Notes: generated by a model not told the origin, from the letters alone. Shown: positions 23,350 through 37,091, counted from the stretch's first letter. The stretch: 64,000 bases of DNA from Eledone cirrhosa (GCA_964016885.1 OZ024743.1:189968001-190032000); one strand, 5' to 3'. Made by a program: numbers and translations.

Positions 23350-25250
23350 TAAACAATACAATATAATCACCTCATTATCAGAGGTTTCCCGAATAAGACG
23401 AATACGAAAAACGTCCTCATTCGTTCGTCGGACAAGGCAATTTAAAACATAGTGAAATATTTGGAAAGTCTCCTCAAGAAATGCAAAAAATATATAAATA
23501 AAAGTAATGAAATAGATATATAAAAACATATAAGGAAATATAGTTAGGGTATGTGTATATGTATATACACTCACACATGTACATATGTGTGTATGTACAA
23601 ATGCATGTGTATGGTGTAAATGCGTGCGTAAGTACATATATGATGGCAAGTATATTTGTGTATATGTGACCACAAATACGTATATAATATGAGTTGAAAA
23701 AGAAAATGTATGATAATATAGTTGACACGCATCCAGATAGAGGTATTAAATACACATACGAGTATGAAAGCACGCGTATAAACACACATACACGCGCGGT
23801 CACTTACATGCGGAAGATAAAGAGGGAAGGGAGTGTAGTAGTAACAAGAAGTGTCATTCTCGATATATGTATAAAAATTAAACAATATATGAGAATGAAA
23901 AATGTTTAAATCAAAGAGAAAGTAATCAATTAACACTAGAGAAAAGAAAACAAACATAGGCACGCACGTACATACATATATATATATAAAAAAAATATTT
24001 ATACACAGAAATACGTACAGACAAAAGCGCATGCATGCGCACATACATACACACGAGGCACGTATATATATATATCGCCGCCCCATGTATATCTAATCAC
24101 ATGTACATACGCGACTATATATATATATATATACACATATACATACACACCCATACATACATATACATATATACACATATACATACACATACACATACAT
24201 TCACCCGCATACACACACACGTAAAAATAAGAATGTAAAAAACATAGATATAAAAAACATAGATATAAAAACACACATACACACACATATATATATACGT
24301 ACGCACGCACACATACGGAGGCGTTCGTATACATATACAGAACGTATACACACATAAGCACACTTAGACACATAGATACAGATTATAAATCAGCCATATG
24401 AATAAATGAGTACAAATATAAAATCGGCTGCGAAACAACAGAATATATCTGATGTGGAAAACGCAAGTGACATGTGTTATTAGGTAGTGAAAGAAAATGG
24501 GGAAGTAAAATGTGGAATGTGAAGATATTAGGTAGGTGAATCAAAAAGTAGGGGGGCGGGGTTACTGGTGGATGTGAAGTAAAAATAAAAATTAATAATA
24601 AAGTTAAAAATGAAAGTAAATCAGAAAGAGAAGTCTGTAAAGAGAATAATTTAAGGAAAGTGACGAATAAGAGTTTATGGAGGATAAGTATCTGAAAGTG
24701 AGTTAAGTTTTGATGAGCTGGAAAGCAAGTGTGATTTCATGTGTGGGCAACTGGTGAACATTTCTGTTTTTATATTTAGGCAGGTTTTTGGTGATTTAAG
24801 GTTCTGTAAAATCCAATATTTTTCACGTATGCAGAGTGTGCATCTTCTCGTTCCTCTTGCATATTCTTTAGATTGGTTCAAAATTGACCAATCCAATTTA
24901 TATTGGATACCTTGGTCTTTCAAATCCCATATTTTGCTAGCCAGAGCTGTTGTGAATCTTTTTTTCTGGATGTCGGAAAGATGCGACATGTGAGTAATAA
25001 CGCGTTTTGAATTTTGTCTTGTGTCATACGCACATATCGTTCGCTGGTGGCTGGTTGGTTGTTGCTGATGGTTGTCACTTTAGCCGCATATACAATGGCT
25101 TTGGTGTTGCATTTCCCTTGTAATGGGCATTTACTTTTGACTCTACAGGAGCAATTTTGATGTTCTCTGGGTGATTTATTATTGATGATATAAGATTTAA
25201 TAGGGGGACCGCAGGAGTAGCTAATTTTGACACAGTTTCTATTGAAGCCA
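23350..25250 (-). mobile_element. 3' fragment of Penelope-like element 3 (GIY-YIG region + 3' UTR)
   Basis: FNRNCVKISYSC, CSC..KCPLQGKC..AIVYAA, CTLCIREKYWIL..SCPH, homologous to the PLE 2 C-terminus; degenerate HHR at the distal end. Confidence 0.85.
23365..23436 (-). ncRNA. Degenerate hammerhead at the 3' end of PLE 3
   Basis: ccgacga; stem II gaatgaggacg/cgtcttattc; GAAA; stem III cctc/gagg; position 17 is G and stem I is poor. Confidence 0.4.
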
Positions 25251-25264
25251 GACATACAGACAGA

Positions 25265-25475
25265 TATTATAAGGGCTCGACGGAGATTGATAACCGGCAC
25301 CTAACACCCCTTTAACAACAGAAAATTGAAAAATAAAAGCTGCAGTTAGTATCTTTAGACCGGAAGGAATATATAAATGCAAGTTTGAAGTCAATTGGAG
25401 TAGAAATGTGGATTTGTATAGACTTTGCAAAAATGCGGACACCCACACAGACCACAACAGTTTTATATATAGAGA
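25265..25475 (-). mobile_element. Helitron-like element, 5' end
   Basis: Minus strand begins A|TCTCTATATATAAAA, typical of small Helitrons; internal tgcaagtttgaagtcaattgg motif. Confidence 0.45.
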
Positions 25476-25627
25476 TTATTAATTAATTCTATCGAGTAAT
25501 GCCTGTGCATGAATATATTTTTAAGTGAGGAAAGCCTGTGCACTGAGCCAATCCCACACTCTGAGCAATAGTAGCTATAACCCGAAAAGAAGAAAGCCCT
25601 GATATATATATATATATATATATATAT

Positions 25628-26979
25628 TGTTATACTTTGGGAGGGTCATGTTGCCAATAAGAAACACACGCACCAGTTGCTTTCACTCCAATTTATTATA
25701 AATTAAATTTATAAATTTAAGAAATTTATAAATCTCCGGTTGGTTGGTTCCACAACCGGACGGTTGTTCATATATTGTCAAAGTTCTTTCGTCACACATT
25801 CTGTGACCTCTTCAGTGACTGAGGATTCTTCTCTTTGTTTTGTGCCTCTCCTTTCTTCTGTCCTACGCCATCTTGTTTTTGTGTGTGTTGTCTGCTTAGT
25901 TTGCGCATGTGTTACATCCGGGTGTCTGTGTGTGTTTTTATTTGTTTATTTATTTGTTTATTTACATGTTACTAGTTGGTTGTTTGTTCTATGTGTGTGT
26001 GTCTTTTCATTTTGTCCTTAATTATAAGTTGTGATGTTGCTATTCCATTCATGTTTTCTATTTAATTTTGGTTGGAGTTCATTTATGTTTATTGCTAATT
26101 GATTTGTCTAAACATTGCGTCTTTTCTATGTGTAGATTTTATTTTTATTTCTATGTTCTCTAATTTGCCCTTATGTTTTATTTTAGCATGCTGGTGGAGT
26201 ACAGATGATTCTTTTCTATCTTGAAGCTCTCGCCGGTGTTCATTTAATCGTTCTCCTATACTACGAGCTGTCTCACCTATGTACACTATATTCTAATCTT
26301 TACATTGTCCTTCAGTACATCTTATGCCATATACTATGTTTCTAGTTTTACAGTAAATATGGGGGCTTACTTTACAGGTTATGCATTTCTTATCTATACA
26401 GGGAGGTCTTTGAAAAGGGTATGTATTACTAATAAGTGTTTTTATGGAGGTACCTGGTCTTTCTACTCACTTAATATTTAGTTTAAGTTTATCTAGGGCC
26501 CTTCTAAATTTGTAAGCTAATTCACCTCTAGGGGTTGTATTGATGAACATTACACTCTGGTATTTATTGCTATCATGCCATGAGTTTATTCTATTAACCT
26601 TATTCCTAGTTCTTTCTATTCTATTCCAAAATTTGCTCCTATGTAAGGGGCAGGTCCCATTTGTATCATTATTTACCATTTTTTCCCATTTGGTTCTGGC
26701 TCCTCTATATACTCTGATTTTATCTCTCAGATTGTAACTAGAGAACTGCATACAGTGGATCAAGTGTTGTATGTGTCTCTCTAGTTCTTTGGGGTTGCAC
26801 AGAATGTGTGACGAAAGAACTTTGACAATATATGAACAACCGTCCGGTTGTGGAACCAACCAACCAACTGGAGATTTATAAATTTCTTAAATTTATAAAT
26901 TTAATTTATAATAAATTGGAGTGAAAGCAACTGGTGTGTGTGTTTCTTATTGGCAACATGACCCTCCCAAAGTATAACA
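25628..26979 (-). mobile_element. Penelope-like element 4, 5'-truncated GIY-YIG fragment with inverted pseudo-LTR
   Basis: NIVYGIRC...YIGETARSIGERLNEH; 25628-25805 is the reverse complement of 26798-26979; (TA)n nearby on both sides. Confidence 0.9.
25777..25819 (-). ncRNA. Minimal type I hammerhead ribozyme of PLE 4
   Basis: gtca-CTGAAGA-g-gtcaca-gaatg-tgtgac-GAAA-g-aa-c-T-T-tgac. Confidence 0.85.
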
Positions 26980-27037
26980 GTATTGGTTTCAACACACGTT
27001 TTCAGATAAAGAATCTTGCTAAACAAATTCAGAAACG

Positions 27038-27127
<90 letters not shown>

Positions 27128-27225
27128 GCATATATATATATATATATCCTGGGTTAAATCGAGGATAACCACAGTAAGTAAGGTACTCAATACATAGCGG
27201 AGTAAAAGTAATTTAATATAGAAAT

Positions 27226-27270
27226 GGCTTCTACAGGACTAGAACTGTTTCATTCGGAGGAAATCATCAG
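27226..27270 (-). ncRNA. 5'-truncated hammerhead in a 120-bp cassette between (TA)n tracts
   Basis: CTGATGA-t-ttc-ctcc-gaa-t-GAAA-cag-ttctagtc-ctg-TA-gaagcc; 5' strand of stem I replaced by (TA)n. Confidence 0.6.
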
Positions 27271-30200
27271 ATATATATATACATATATATATATATATTG
27301 GGAAAAGTAAACAAGATAAGAAAGAACTTTTTACCTGTTTACTTCGATATCCCGACTGCATAAGGTGAGATTTCTCACAGTACTCAGATACTCAAATTAC
27401 TGTTATTAATCAGCAAAACTGATTATGTTTACTTATTATGTTTACTTTTCCCAAATATAATTTTATTATGCTTTGATAAATTGATTTTTATTAATTACTT
27501 CATTGAGCAAAACTGGTATTGGTTGGATCCCTCATATGTATGTCTACACTTGTGTATAAAAGTATATTTATGAATCTTCAAACATTTATGTTTAGGAAAT
27601 TAGTTCTTCATCAGATGATAGCATTAGAAATAAAAGATGTAATAGAAAGATAGAGTGAGAAGAAGGAACAGAAAAATGTTTGAGGAAAATCATGGGTTTA
27701 TTTATATAAAGAGAGTGAGGAATAGAGAAAGATTGGGATGAGGATGAATGGATGGATGAATAGAAGGAGAGGTAGAGAGATAGCATTGTGAATAGATATA
27801 TAGATAGAGAGGATTGACCGAATTTACAAAATTATTTATTTAAAGCTGGAAAAAATTGAGTAAGTTCACTTATTGTATTGAGGATCTTTTATTTTGCCTA
27901 GGTACCGAGATGTGACATTACCAAAGTAAATAGACAATAACATATAAAATGATTTTAAAAAAATTTATATAGTCATGCCTACTTCCTAAAATACACAATA
28001 TAACATAAAAAATACTCTTGCTTCCAACTGTAGAAACTATGCCAAAGAAGCTTGAGATGGTTTTATAACCATGTCTTGTACACAACGATCTCTTTAGTGC
28101 TGATCCCATGATAAAATACATCGAGTACATACTGTAATGTGGTTAGTTTTGAGGAGGGCATCTAACCATAAAGAACTCTGTGAAACAAAAGGCTGAGTGG
28201 ACCCTTAATTGTGTTAGAGTCATGACAGCCTTCCAACTGTTGGTGCCACAATAAATGCACCCAATACACTCTGTAAAGTGTTTGATGATAGGAAGGGAAT
28301 TTAATTGTAGTAACTATGCCAAAGTCAGAACGAGTATATGAGAGACAAGGATTTCTTTTGATCTGGGAGGATAGTAGCTCTGATTAAGTACTGACTTGGT
28401 TGGTGATGCTCCTTGCACCTGATGTCAGTATGGAAAGACATGTTAAGTAAAAATGATGACGATAATGACTATATATAGATATTTAGTAATAACAATCCTT
28501 CATATAGTTTCCTTTACCAAATTCTTTTCACACAAGGTTGGTCATCTTAGGTCTACAGTAGATGATCCCTTACATTGAGATCAAACGAGAAACATGTGAC
28601 TGGGAAACAAACATCTAACCTCACCACAGCCCTGTTAAATATATCTAAAAACAATCTTATTATAAGAGCTGGCAGATATGTTAGGACTCTGAAATAAATA
28701 CATTATGATGCATTATTTACTTCCAGTTTTCTAATCAAACATGACAGTCAATGTTATCTTTAATCCCTCATAATCTGTGATATTTATACCAGTAATATGG
28801 TAAGCTTGATTCAATATGCTATTCAACTTCCTCAAAAAAGGTAGTATAGTTACTAACGAAAACAAAAATATAAGAAGAGATTATATTATATGGGATTTTT
28901 CACAATACCATTGTTATAAATACCATTTCTGTGAATCATAATTCCTGTGTAAAGGTCATGGTCTCAAATATATAAATGAATTTGGCACACCCACTGATTC
29001 ACATTCCCATTTGTTTATCTCTTTGCCAATCTCTTCCACATGTAAATTGAGTGTCTGGAATTATCTTCATAAACAAAAAACCACAGTCAGCTAGAAGATT
29101 CATTGCTGTTAGTGTGATGTTCATACAACTTGGACAATGTAGTTCTCATTGTCTTGTGGTTCTTCTATGAAATCTCTCATCAATATTCATCAGTAAATCG
29201 ACATCAATTTGACTTCTGCTGAAAGTTATAACTCCTCTAGTTATATCGGGGAATATATTATATCCCATTCTTGAATCATTCAGATATTTCTATTCTTATT
29301 ACTGTTCAATTATTATTTTATATATTTTCCAATTCCACAGAACTTCCAAGTACTGTGGCTGACAAAGTAGATAGGATGTTGGATAAATAGCTGGAGTCAG
29401 CAGTTCAGACTCTGTAGCATCTAGTGTATAGCTAATATAAATGGCTGAACCAGTAGATGAGAGAAAAAAAACTTGTGGTATTTAGTTGTGTACTTTATGT
29501 TGTGAGTTTAGGTCAACTTTGATTCTTATAATTCTGAAGTGACATACATCCTTCATTAGTACCACAGTTTTTGAAAAGGTACAATATATAACCACATGCT
29601 GTAAGAGACAGGAAGCATGGAAAAGTCCTAAAACTATTATGAGGATGATGCTGGTATTCAACACTTCCTCTAGCAAAAGATTATAACTCAGCATCTTGAT
29701 CAAATCTTAACATTTGCAATATTTTAAGCATTAAAAGCCATATTATTTCTGTGAAATGTAGCAACTGTATTTAAGAGCTTTGAAAGACATTCAAATTTCA
29801 CAACTAATCAGTTCTGTGGTATGTTTATCATCATGCCCAACACAGGTTCTACTAAGAGTTGAAAGCTAAGAGTGATAAACTAACATATGCAACAAAGGTC
29901 TCAAACCAGCGTTCTAAATATCTTGCCAAGCAATGCTGGTTTGAGACCTTTATTTCCCTCTGAAGAAGAGAAATTATCTCGAAAATTAAGGACGTTTAAA
30001 ATAAATCTAAGGTAAAAGACGAATTGTCAACAATATCTTTTGTAATTGCATTCTTTTTTCTATGTCCATACCTGCATTGTTTTGGCTTTATTATACATAT
30101 TCAAACGTGTATACCTCATTACAGAATGCTTCAAGTGAACTATAACCTCCTCCATATATATATATATATGTGTGTGTGTGTATGTAATATATAGATATAT

Positions 30201-33200
30201 ATGTCGGCATATGCGTGGGTGTGTATATATATGTGTATATATGTGGCTGTGCGTATGCATGTTAGGATGTTGTTGTTTTGTGTGTATATATATATATGTG
30301 TGTGTGTGTGTGTATGTAATGTTTGTGTACGTATGCATATTTTATATGTATGTGTGGGCATGTGTGAATATATATATGTGTATGTATGTGTATGTATATA
30401 TATGTATATATATATGTACATGCATGTGTGTGTGTATATGTATGTATGTGCATGTATGTGTGTATGCATATATGTGTGTGTGTATGAGTGTGTTTATATA
30501 TAGATATATAAATATATATAAGATTGGGCGTATGTATGTGTGTGAGCATATGTATGTGTGTGTATATATATATATATATATGTATACGTACATACATATA
30601 TGTATACAGACGTACAGTAGTATGTATATATACATACATACATGCACACATATATCTATGTACGTATGGATTCACCGAACATTTATTATAATGTTTACCA
30701 TATATATATATATCTCTCTATATATATATATGATAAACATTAAAAAACAAGTCTATTGGTCATAGGAATGTCTCAGAACAGCCCAGAAGTGTGAAACTTT
30801 TACGTAGTTGTATGTTGTATGGTTGAATTGGGAATTGATTTTGCAAACTGACACAATTTTATAAATGATTAAAATGTTTCTTACAGAGTTAATATTTACA
30901 AGCAATTGGCTGAAGCATGCTTTAGTGTTTTATTAGCATTTAATCACAAATGCACACAAATATGAGCATATAAATACAAAATCCCCTTAATGCATATACA
31001 TATACAAAATATTTGTTTTGTTTTATACAATTTTGTATATAAATTCATTCACTTAAAAGATTTTGAAAGAAAGTATTTGAAACAATTTCTATAATGAAAT
31101 ACAAACAAAATTAAAATTTCATCATGTAAAATTCTATTTTCATTTTGTTTCCCAAAAATATTTTTCTTCAGCAGCAAGATGAGCCATATGTTTATTATAT
31201 ATAGACGTATATATATATACCTCAATTATGCTTAAAAGTTGTCTTAGTGCTACAGTCAACTGAATATACCCAGCCAAGCTCAAACTATATGCAAATGACC
31301 ACTTCCATCCAATGTTCCCTTTGTTCTATATGGAAATGACTATAGCCAGCATGTGATCATCAGGCAAAATTCTATATAGACTATATTTTATTTCTTGGCA
31401 GCATGTTTTAAGTTAGTCGCACCGATGAAAGATTAACAAATCTTGAAACAGCACTGCCTGATATTCTGAGAATATACTGGAAACTCTGTAATATATTCAC
31501 AGATGAAAATAGAGAAAACTATTTCTTTTTTCCTTTCATATCATTATGAAAAAATATTTCTCTTCACCAGTGAGGCTACCCATATGTTTATTTTATATAA
31601 ATGTATATGTTTTCATATACAGCTCGATATATATATATGACAAGAGTAAGAATACATAAAGATAGATAGACCTTTTTCTAAGTAAGCAAAATTATGTAAA
31701 AGTAAATACTTGAAAATGTATGGAGTTTGCATCTGCGCATAAGCTGTTGTCTGGACTTCATCCTGGTTTTAGTTTTATTTTGTTTGTCATGCATTAAGAA
31801 AAGTTACTACATATGTAAATTCCCGTCAATTTTCCAGTATTAACTTTTACATAATGCTGCTTACTTAGAGAAGTGTCTATCTAACGTTGATAATTGCTGG
31901 CCTTGTGCCTAAAGTAGAAACAGTTATATATTCTTACATTCGTTGTATTATAAATGGTGCAAAAGAAATAAACGCTCATACATACATGGCGGCTGCCAAC
32001 TCGTTTTCGAGTATGGCCACTACTTTATATCCATGTAGGAGAACCCCCACCGATGTGCTGAACAAGTGTGACTTTTTAGTCCAGCCAGCGACTTGAAAAC
32101 TCTGGTACAAACACTACACTTGTGACAATTATTGACACATAGTGCTGGGCCCATGGTACCATGTGACGACAAGTGCAGAGAGATCTCCAGATATAAAGCA
32201 ATGCCTGTGCCATGAAGCTTTTATAGTGAGCAAAGGCAGTGCACAAAGCCAGTCCCACTCTCTTAACCAAGATGATATTTACCAAAAAGAAGAACAAGTC
32301 AACATCATTGGATACCATCAGGGTTGCAGGTGTTATATCAGAGTTTTCCTTCTCCTAGAATTCTGCCTTGACAAAGGCTAAGGGGTCATCTCTCCCGGTG
32401 ATTTTGGATGGCCATTGACTCTTAAGAGCTCCTTTGCCCTTTGACAGGTTTTGATTTTAGTCCTGCAGGATGTCCAAAGTCACCCTCCTCACCAAGAAAC
32501 CTTGGTGGGGTTGCCAGTTTAGTCGCCAACGACCCGACCATGAGATAGGTTGTACTGGGATACATGTTACCAGTAGCACCAACTGGTGACCTGACATACA
32601 TACATACATACATACATACATACATACATACATACACATACACATACATACACATACATACATACATGCATACATTTATACATACACACACATAAAAATG
32701 TATATGAATGTACATCTTCTAAATAGTTGCAGAACCTCTTGGAAATAACAGTTATATCACATTCTATTATGTTAAAGACATTGAATAGTATGATGGAGTG
32801 TCTTTGACCATATATATTCCAGCTATGATTCTTTATGAGTATATATAGTATCATATTAAAAGAATGTGATTTGGCTGATATTTCTAACAGCTTCAGATAC
32901 CATACAGAGGCTCTATATTCAAATGAAGAGAAAATGACTTCCAGATATATCATCTACATGATCAATCAGTTGATTTGCCTCTGTCTATCCTATCATTCTA
33001 CCATCAAGTCACATTGTTTTGCTGGGAACTTGCCCCCGCTGCAGAACTGGTCGGTGGCCTTCAGCAGAATGGCAAATAGAAATTTCCAGTTTTCTTCTAT
33101 AATATATGTCTCCGTCTCCTCTGCCTTTCTGTCAAATAGATACAAGTTTGAAGCTCATCACGGGCCTTATTATAAAGTATACGTATATATATATACAACA

Positions 33201-34102
33201 CGGTTAACACACAAGTGTAAACAAAGATAAAAGAATTTGAAGATGTGAAGCTTACAATTACTCATTTTGAAGTGCCACCAATAGAAAATACACACACATA
33301 CACGCATACGCACATAAATACTAACACATACGAACATAGACACATACAGACTCACATACATGTGTATACTTTATAAACCATATATTCCTTCCCCATATTG
33401 TGTTCTGTTCTATATGATTAATCAAGTCATGCAAATGTTTCTTTTAGTGGATACATAAATTTAATTAGACATACAAGAAAATACAATATGTAAAACATAG
33501 TGTCCAATATGCACATGGAATTAAGGGTTAAAATGTATTCATATTTCTTGCCAGACAACACACTTGTATGAATGTTTTATTTTGGCTTTGCTTTAAAAGA
33601 ATTATAGGTCTGCAAATATTTCACATTTTATGGCTGCATTCCACATTTGTCACAAGTTTATATTTTTAACCTCAATATCCGTTTTCTTTCTTTTTGGAAA
33701 TGTTTTTTTATCTTTTAACCCAGATTTTGTTGGAACTCCTGGATTTTTGCATGAGTAGCAGGCTTACTACATGCAGTTTATGGTACAATGCTGTGTTCTC
33801 TTCAAATTTCTAGTACTATCCTGATAATTCTCACTGTAGCACAAAGGTAAATATTTGCAATAGCTCTATTGGACACTTTATTCCCATTTTCCTTATGTTC
33901 CTCTCAGTATCCTTTGATTAATTCTCCACATTTCGGATATTTCATATTTAAGAGGATTGTACAAATATATATTCTCACATCCCTTCTTAACTATCCATGA
34001 GTCAAATAAACAGGCAATGTCATTAAAAAACACATCTGATTTACTTTGTGTCTATCTCCATCAAATCTGCTTTGTTGTTGTTATTATTATTATTATTATC
34101 AT

Positions 34103-35517
34103 TACTAGCGTTAGATAAAAATAGAAAGGAAGGGGAGCTGGTAGATAAGTTAGACGAGACTATTTGTAGTGGCATCGCAACTGACGTGCTAGCGGCGAGA
34201 ATGGCATTAGACCATTTCTTCAATGCCAAACACGAAGGTTGCATTGTCAGAGCTAAGGCGCGTGCGCTGAGAAACGAGGGAACTAAAGCTGTTCGATGGG
34301 CCCGCGTGGCGGAGGCGCAGCGTGGTAATAAAACCACGATTCGGTCGTTGGCGGACCGAGACGGACACGAGATAAGCGATTCCAAACGGATGTGTGAGGC
34401 CTTTCGCCAGCACTTTGCTCGGTTGTTCAGAGAGAGTGGCGAGTCAGAGAGAGTAGAGGATTTCAGTCCCTACCATGATGGCTTGCCGCGCATCTCGACG
34501 GTCGACGCTGAGCCCTGCAAAAGGCCGATTACTTCAGCCGAAATTCAGGACGCCCTTGTCGGCTGCATGAGGCGCAAGTCACTCGGTTTGGATGGCCTGC
34601 CCTACGAGCTTTACGTAAATATGCCAGACTTGTTCTCAGAACTCCTCGAAGCACTCTACTGCAACTGGCAGCAGAATGGGAGTATTCCCAGTTCTGTGAG
34701 CAGGGGAGTGGTGATGCTGATAAGGAAAGACGAGAACAAGAGGGATACATTAGACAACTTCAGGCCCATAACTCTGCTCAACACAGAGTTTAAGATTTTG
34801 GCCAAGGTGTTAGCAAAGAGATTGGCACTTGTCGTCGAGGATTTGGTTGGGGAGGCGCAAACTTGCGCAATCCCAGCCAGGTCCATACACGACAATCTCC
34901 ACCTCATGCGATACATCATAGAGAGGGTAGGGTGTAAACCTGGCTTCGGTGGGGCACTGATCAATTTAGATCAATCGAAAGCATTCGATAGGGTTGACCA
35001 TCGGTATCTGGAGTTTGTCCTCAAAGCAGCTGGCTTCGGCCCTGTCTTTAGAAGCTGGATCGTTGCAATGCACAGCGACACATGCTCGGTGGTCAAGGTT
35101 AATGGCCACCTCTCAGAACCATTTCGGCTCTCCCGATCGGTCCGTCAAGGGTGCCCTCTCTCTTCCCTTCTGTACGTATTGACTCGCGAGCCTTTACTGC
35201 GGAAGCTGGAGCTGTTGCAGGGCATCCCGCTCGAACCGGGACGTGGAAAGGCGGTGTCGGCTTATGCGGACGACATCACCGTGATGGTGTCGAACACCTC
35301 AGAAATCGAGGTGGTCGGCACCTTATTGAAGGAATATGAAAGGTTGACAGGGGCCAAACTTAACCCGGAAAAGTCGGTGGGCTTGCAGCTCGGAACCTGG
35401 AGAGGCAAGCCCATGCCGTCCAAAAGCGTCGTGGGGCACTGGACGGACGGACCGGTAAAGTTGCTCGGGTTTGGTTCGGACCAGACCTCCAGGTGGAAAA
35501 GAATTGGGATGAGGTAA
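34103..35517 (+). pseudogene. Reverse transcriptase domain of the LINE ORF2
   Basis: ORF 34048..35517; continues through frameshifts to ~36630. Confidence 0.9.
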
Positions 35518-36905
35518 CGAGCAGAGTAGCCAGTCTCACCCAAAAATGGGCTGGGAGGAAGCTATCACTGAAAGGTCGCGCGGAGGTGGCGAATGCGTAC
35601 ATCGCGTCCGTCATCTACTACCGCCTGACCATCGTGCCTTGCTCCCGTCCGCGCTTCGTCAAGCTGGAACGGCTCCTCTTCAAATTCTTGTGGATGGGAC
35701 AAGTTCTGTTGGTGAGGCAGTCCATCTGCTGCTAGCACCCTCTACGCGGAGGGCTGGGCATACCGTGGCTAATGATGCGCAGACATGGGTTGAGGCTGCA
35801 CATCTCCAGATATTCTGCCTCAACGGTGAACAGGTGTGGTCGCCGTTTATCAGACAGGCCTTTCCGCAGCTCATTTCTTTGACTGAGCTGCAGTCCTGGG
35901 TCAAGAAGAGACCGAGACTGGGTGGCTGGCACCTGGAATGTTGCCAGGCACTCACTGCCCTCTACCAAGCGGGCAATGCGATCAGTGGAACTTCCACTCT
36001 CGAGTTCTATAGAGGATTAGTGGTGGGCAAGTGCGATGACGCACTCGGAGAAGCTTTGGGCCTCGACGAAGTCGAACTGACCAGTCTGTACCGGAGGACT
36101 TTTGAGACGGCGACGATGGACAATTTCCAGAAATCCCTCGCTTGGCAGTGCTACCAGGGGGCACTGCCGGTTCGGGATAAACTCTACAGGCACGGAAGTG
36201 CTATCAGACGGACCTGTCCAAGATGCGCACAGAACGACGAAACCGTCTGCACGCACTTGTCCAATGTCCGTGCATTACTGACTTGTGGAGTTATGTCGAA
36301 CAGCTACTGTCACATCTGGAACGAATCCGGCTATCGGCCGAGTCCATAGTGAAGAACGATCCACCGCCTTCCTTAGGTCAGGAAGAGCAGGAAATTTTCC
36401 TCTGTCTGGTGGCAGTTGCGAAAGAGATTATATAGTGGACCAGGTTGAAAGGACTAAAGATAGACACTTTTCTCTTCGGCCAATCCCTCATCAACTTCTT
36501 CAAGTTTCACCTGGAAAGGAAGGTGAGGGTGGAGAGAGAAGTGCTGCCCCCCAGTACATTTGCTAAAAGGTGGGTGAATGTGGCGAGAATGGCTCGTGTG
36601 AATGGGCCTACTCTGACCATGCGCCTATAGGCTAGCTAACTTGAGGAGAGGGGTGCTCTCCCTGGGTGCCCTAGAAGCGCAGGGTGGTTCAGGATTGGTG
36701 GGGTACCTGAAGCACCCCAGGGTCGTACACCCCCTATCGGGGAATTTATTTTGTTATATTTATGCATAGTTTATTTTATATTTTTATATTTTCATTGTTA
36801 AATTAGTCTTGCCATTGTGCACTTTTACTCCACCTTATTGTAAACCCCCACTGTCCCTGTCTTTGTATTGTCCCCTACATGTCGGCCCTGGTGGCTAATA
36901 AATGA
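34103..36905 (+). mobile_element. L1/Tx1-type LINE, 5'-truncated, frameshifted ORF2
   Basis: GLDGLPYE, NFRPITLLN, LDQSKAFDRV, VRQGCPLS, AYADD, C-terminal CPRC..DET zinc knuckle; 3' aataaa then (ATT)n; inserted in a (TTA)n tract. Confidence 0.93.
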
Positions 36906-37061
36906 AATCATTATTATTATTATCGTTGTTATTATTATTATTATTATTATTATTACAGCTGCATTTATCTTGCTTTATGTTCATACGAGTTATCACCAAG
37001 TCACAACCAGTGACCTCAAGAGACAACAAGGTCCGCCATGTTCAAGAAAGAACATACATAC

Positions 37062-37091
<30 letters not shown>

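Noticed and set aside
26467-26469. In-frame TGA in PLE 4 as possible selenocysteine
   Set aside because: A TAG stop also interrupts the frame nearby; ordinary decay is simpler
27540-27620. CTGATGA on minus strand at ~27608-27614
   Set aside because: No GAAA, stem III or NUH at a suitable distance
28980-29300. Protein-like minus-strand stretch (MIQEWDIIFPDITRG..DVDLL)
   Set aside because: In-frame stops and no recognisable family; similar unassignable stretches at ~32720-33170 and ~50330-50560
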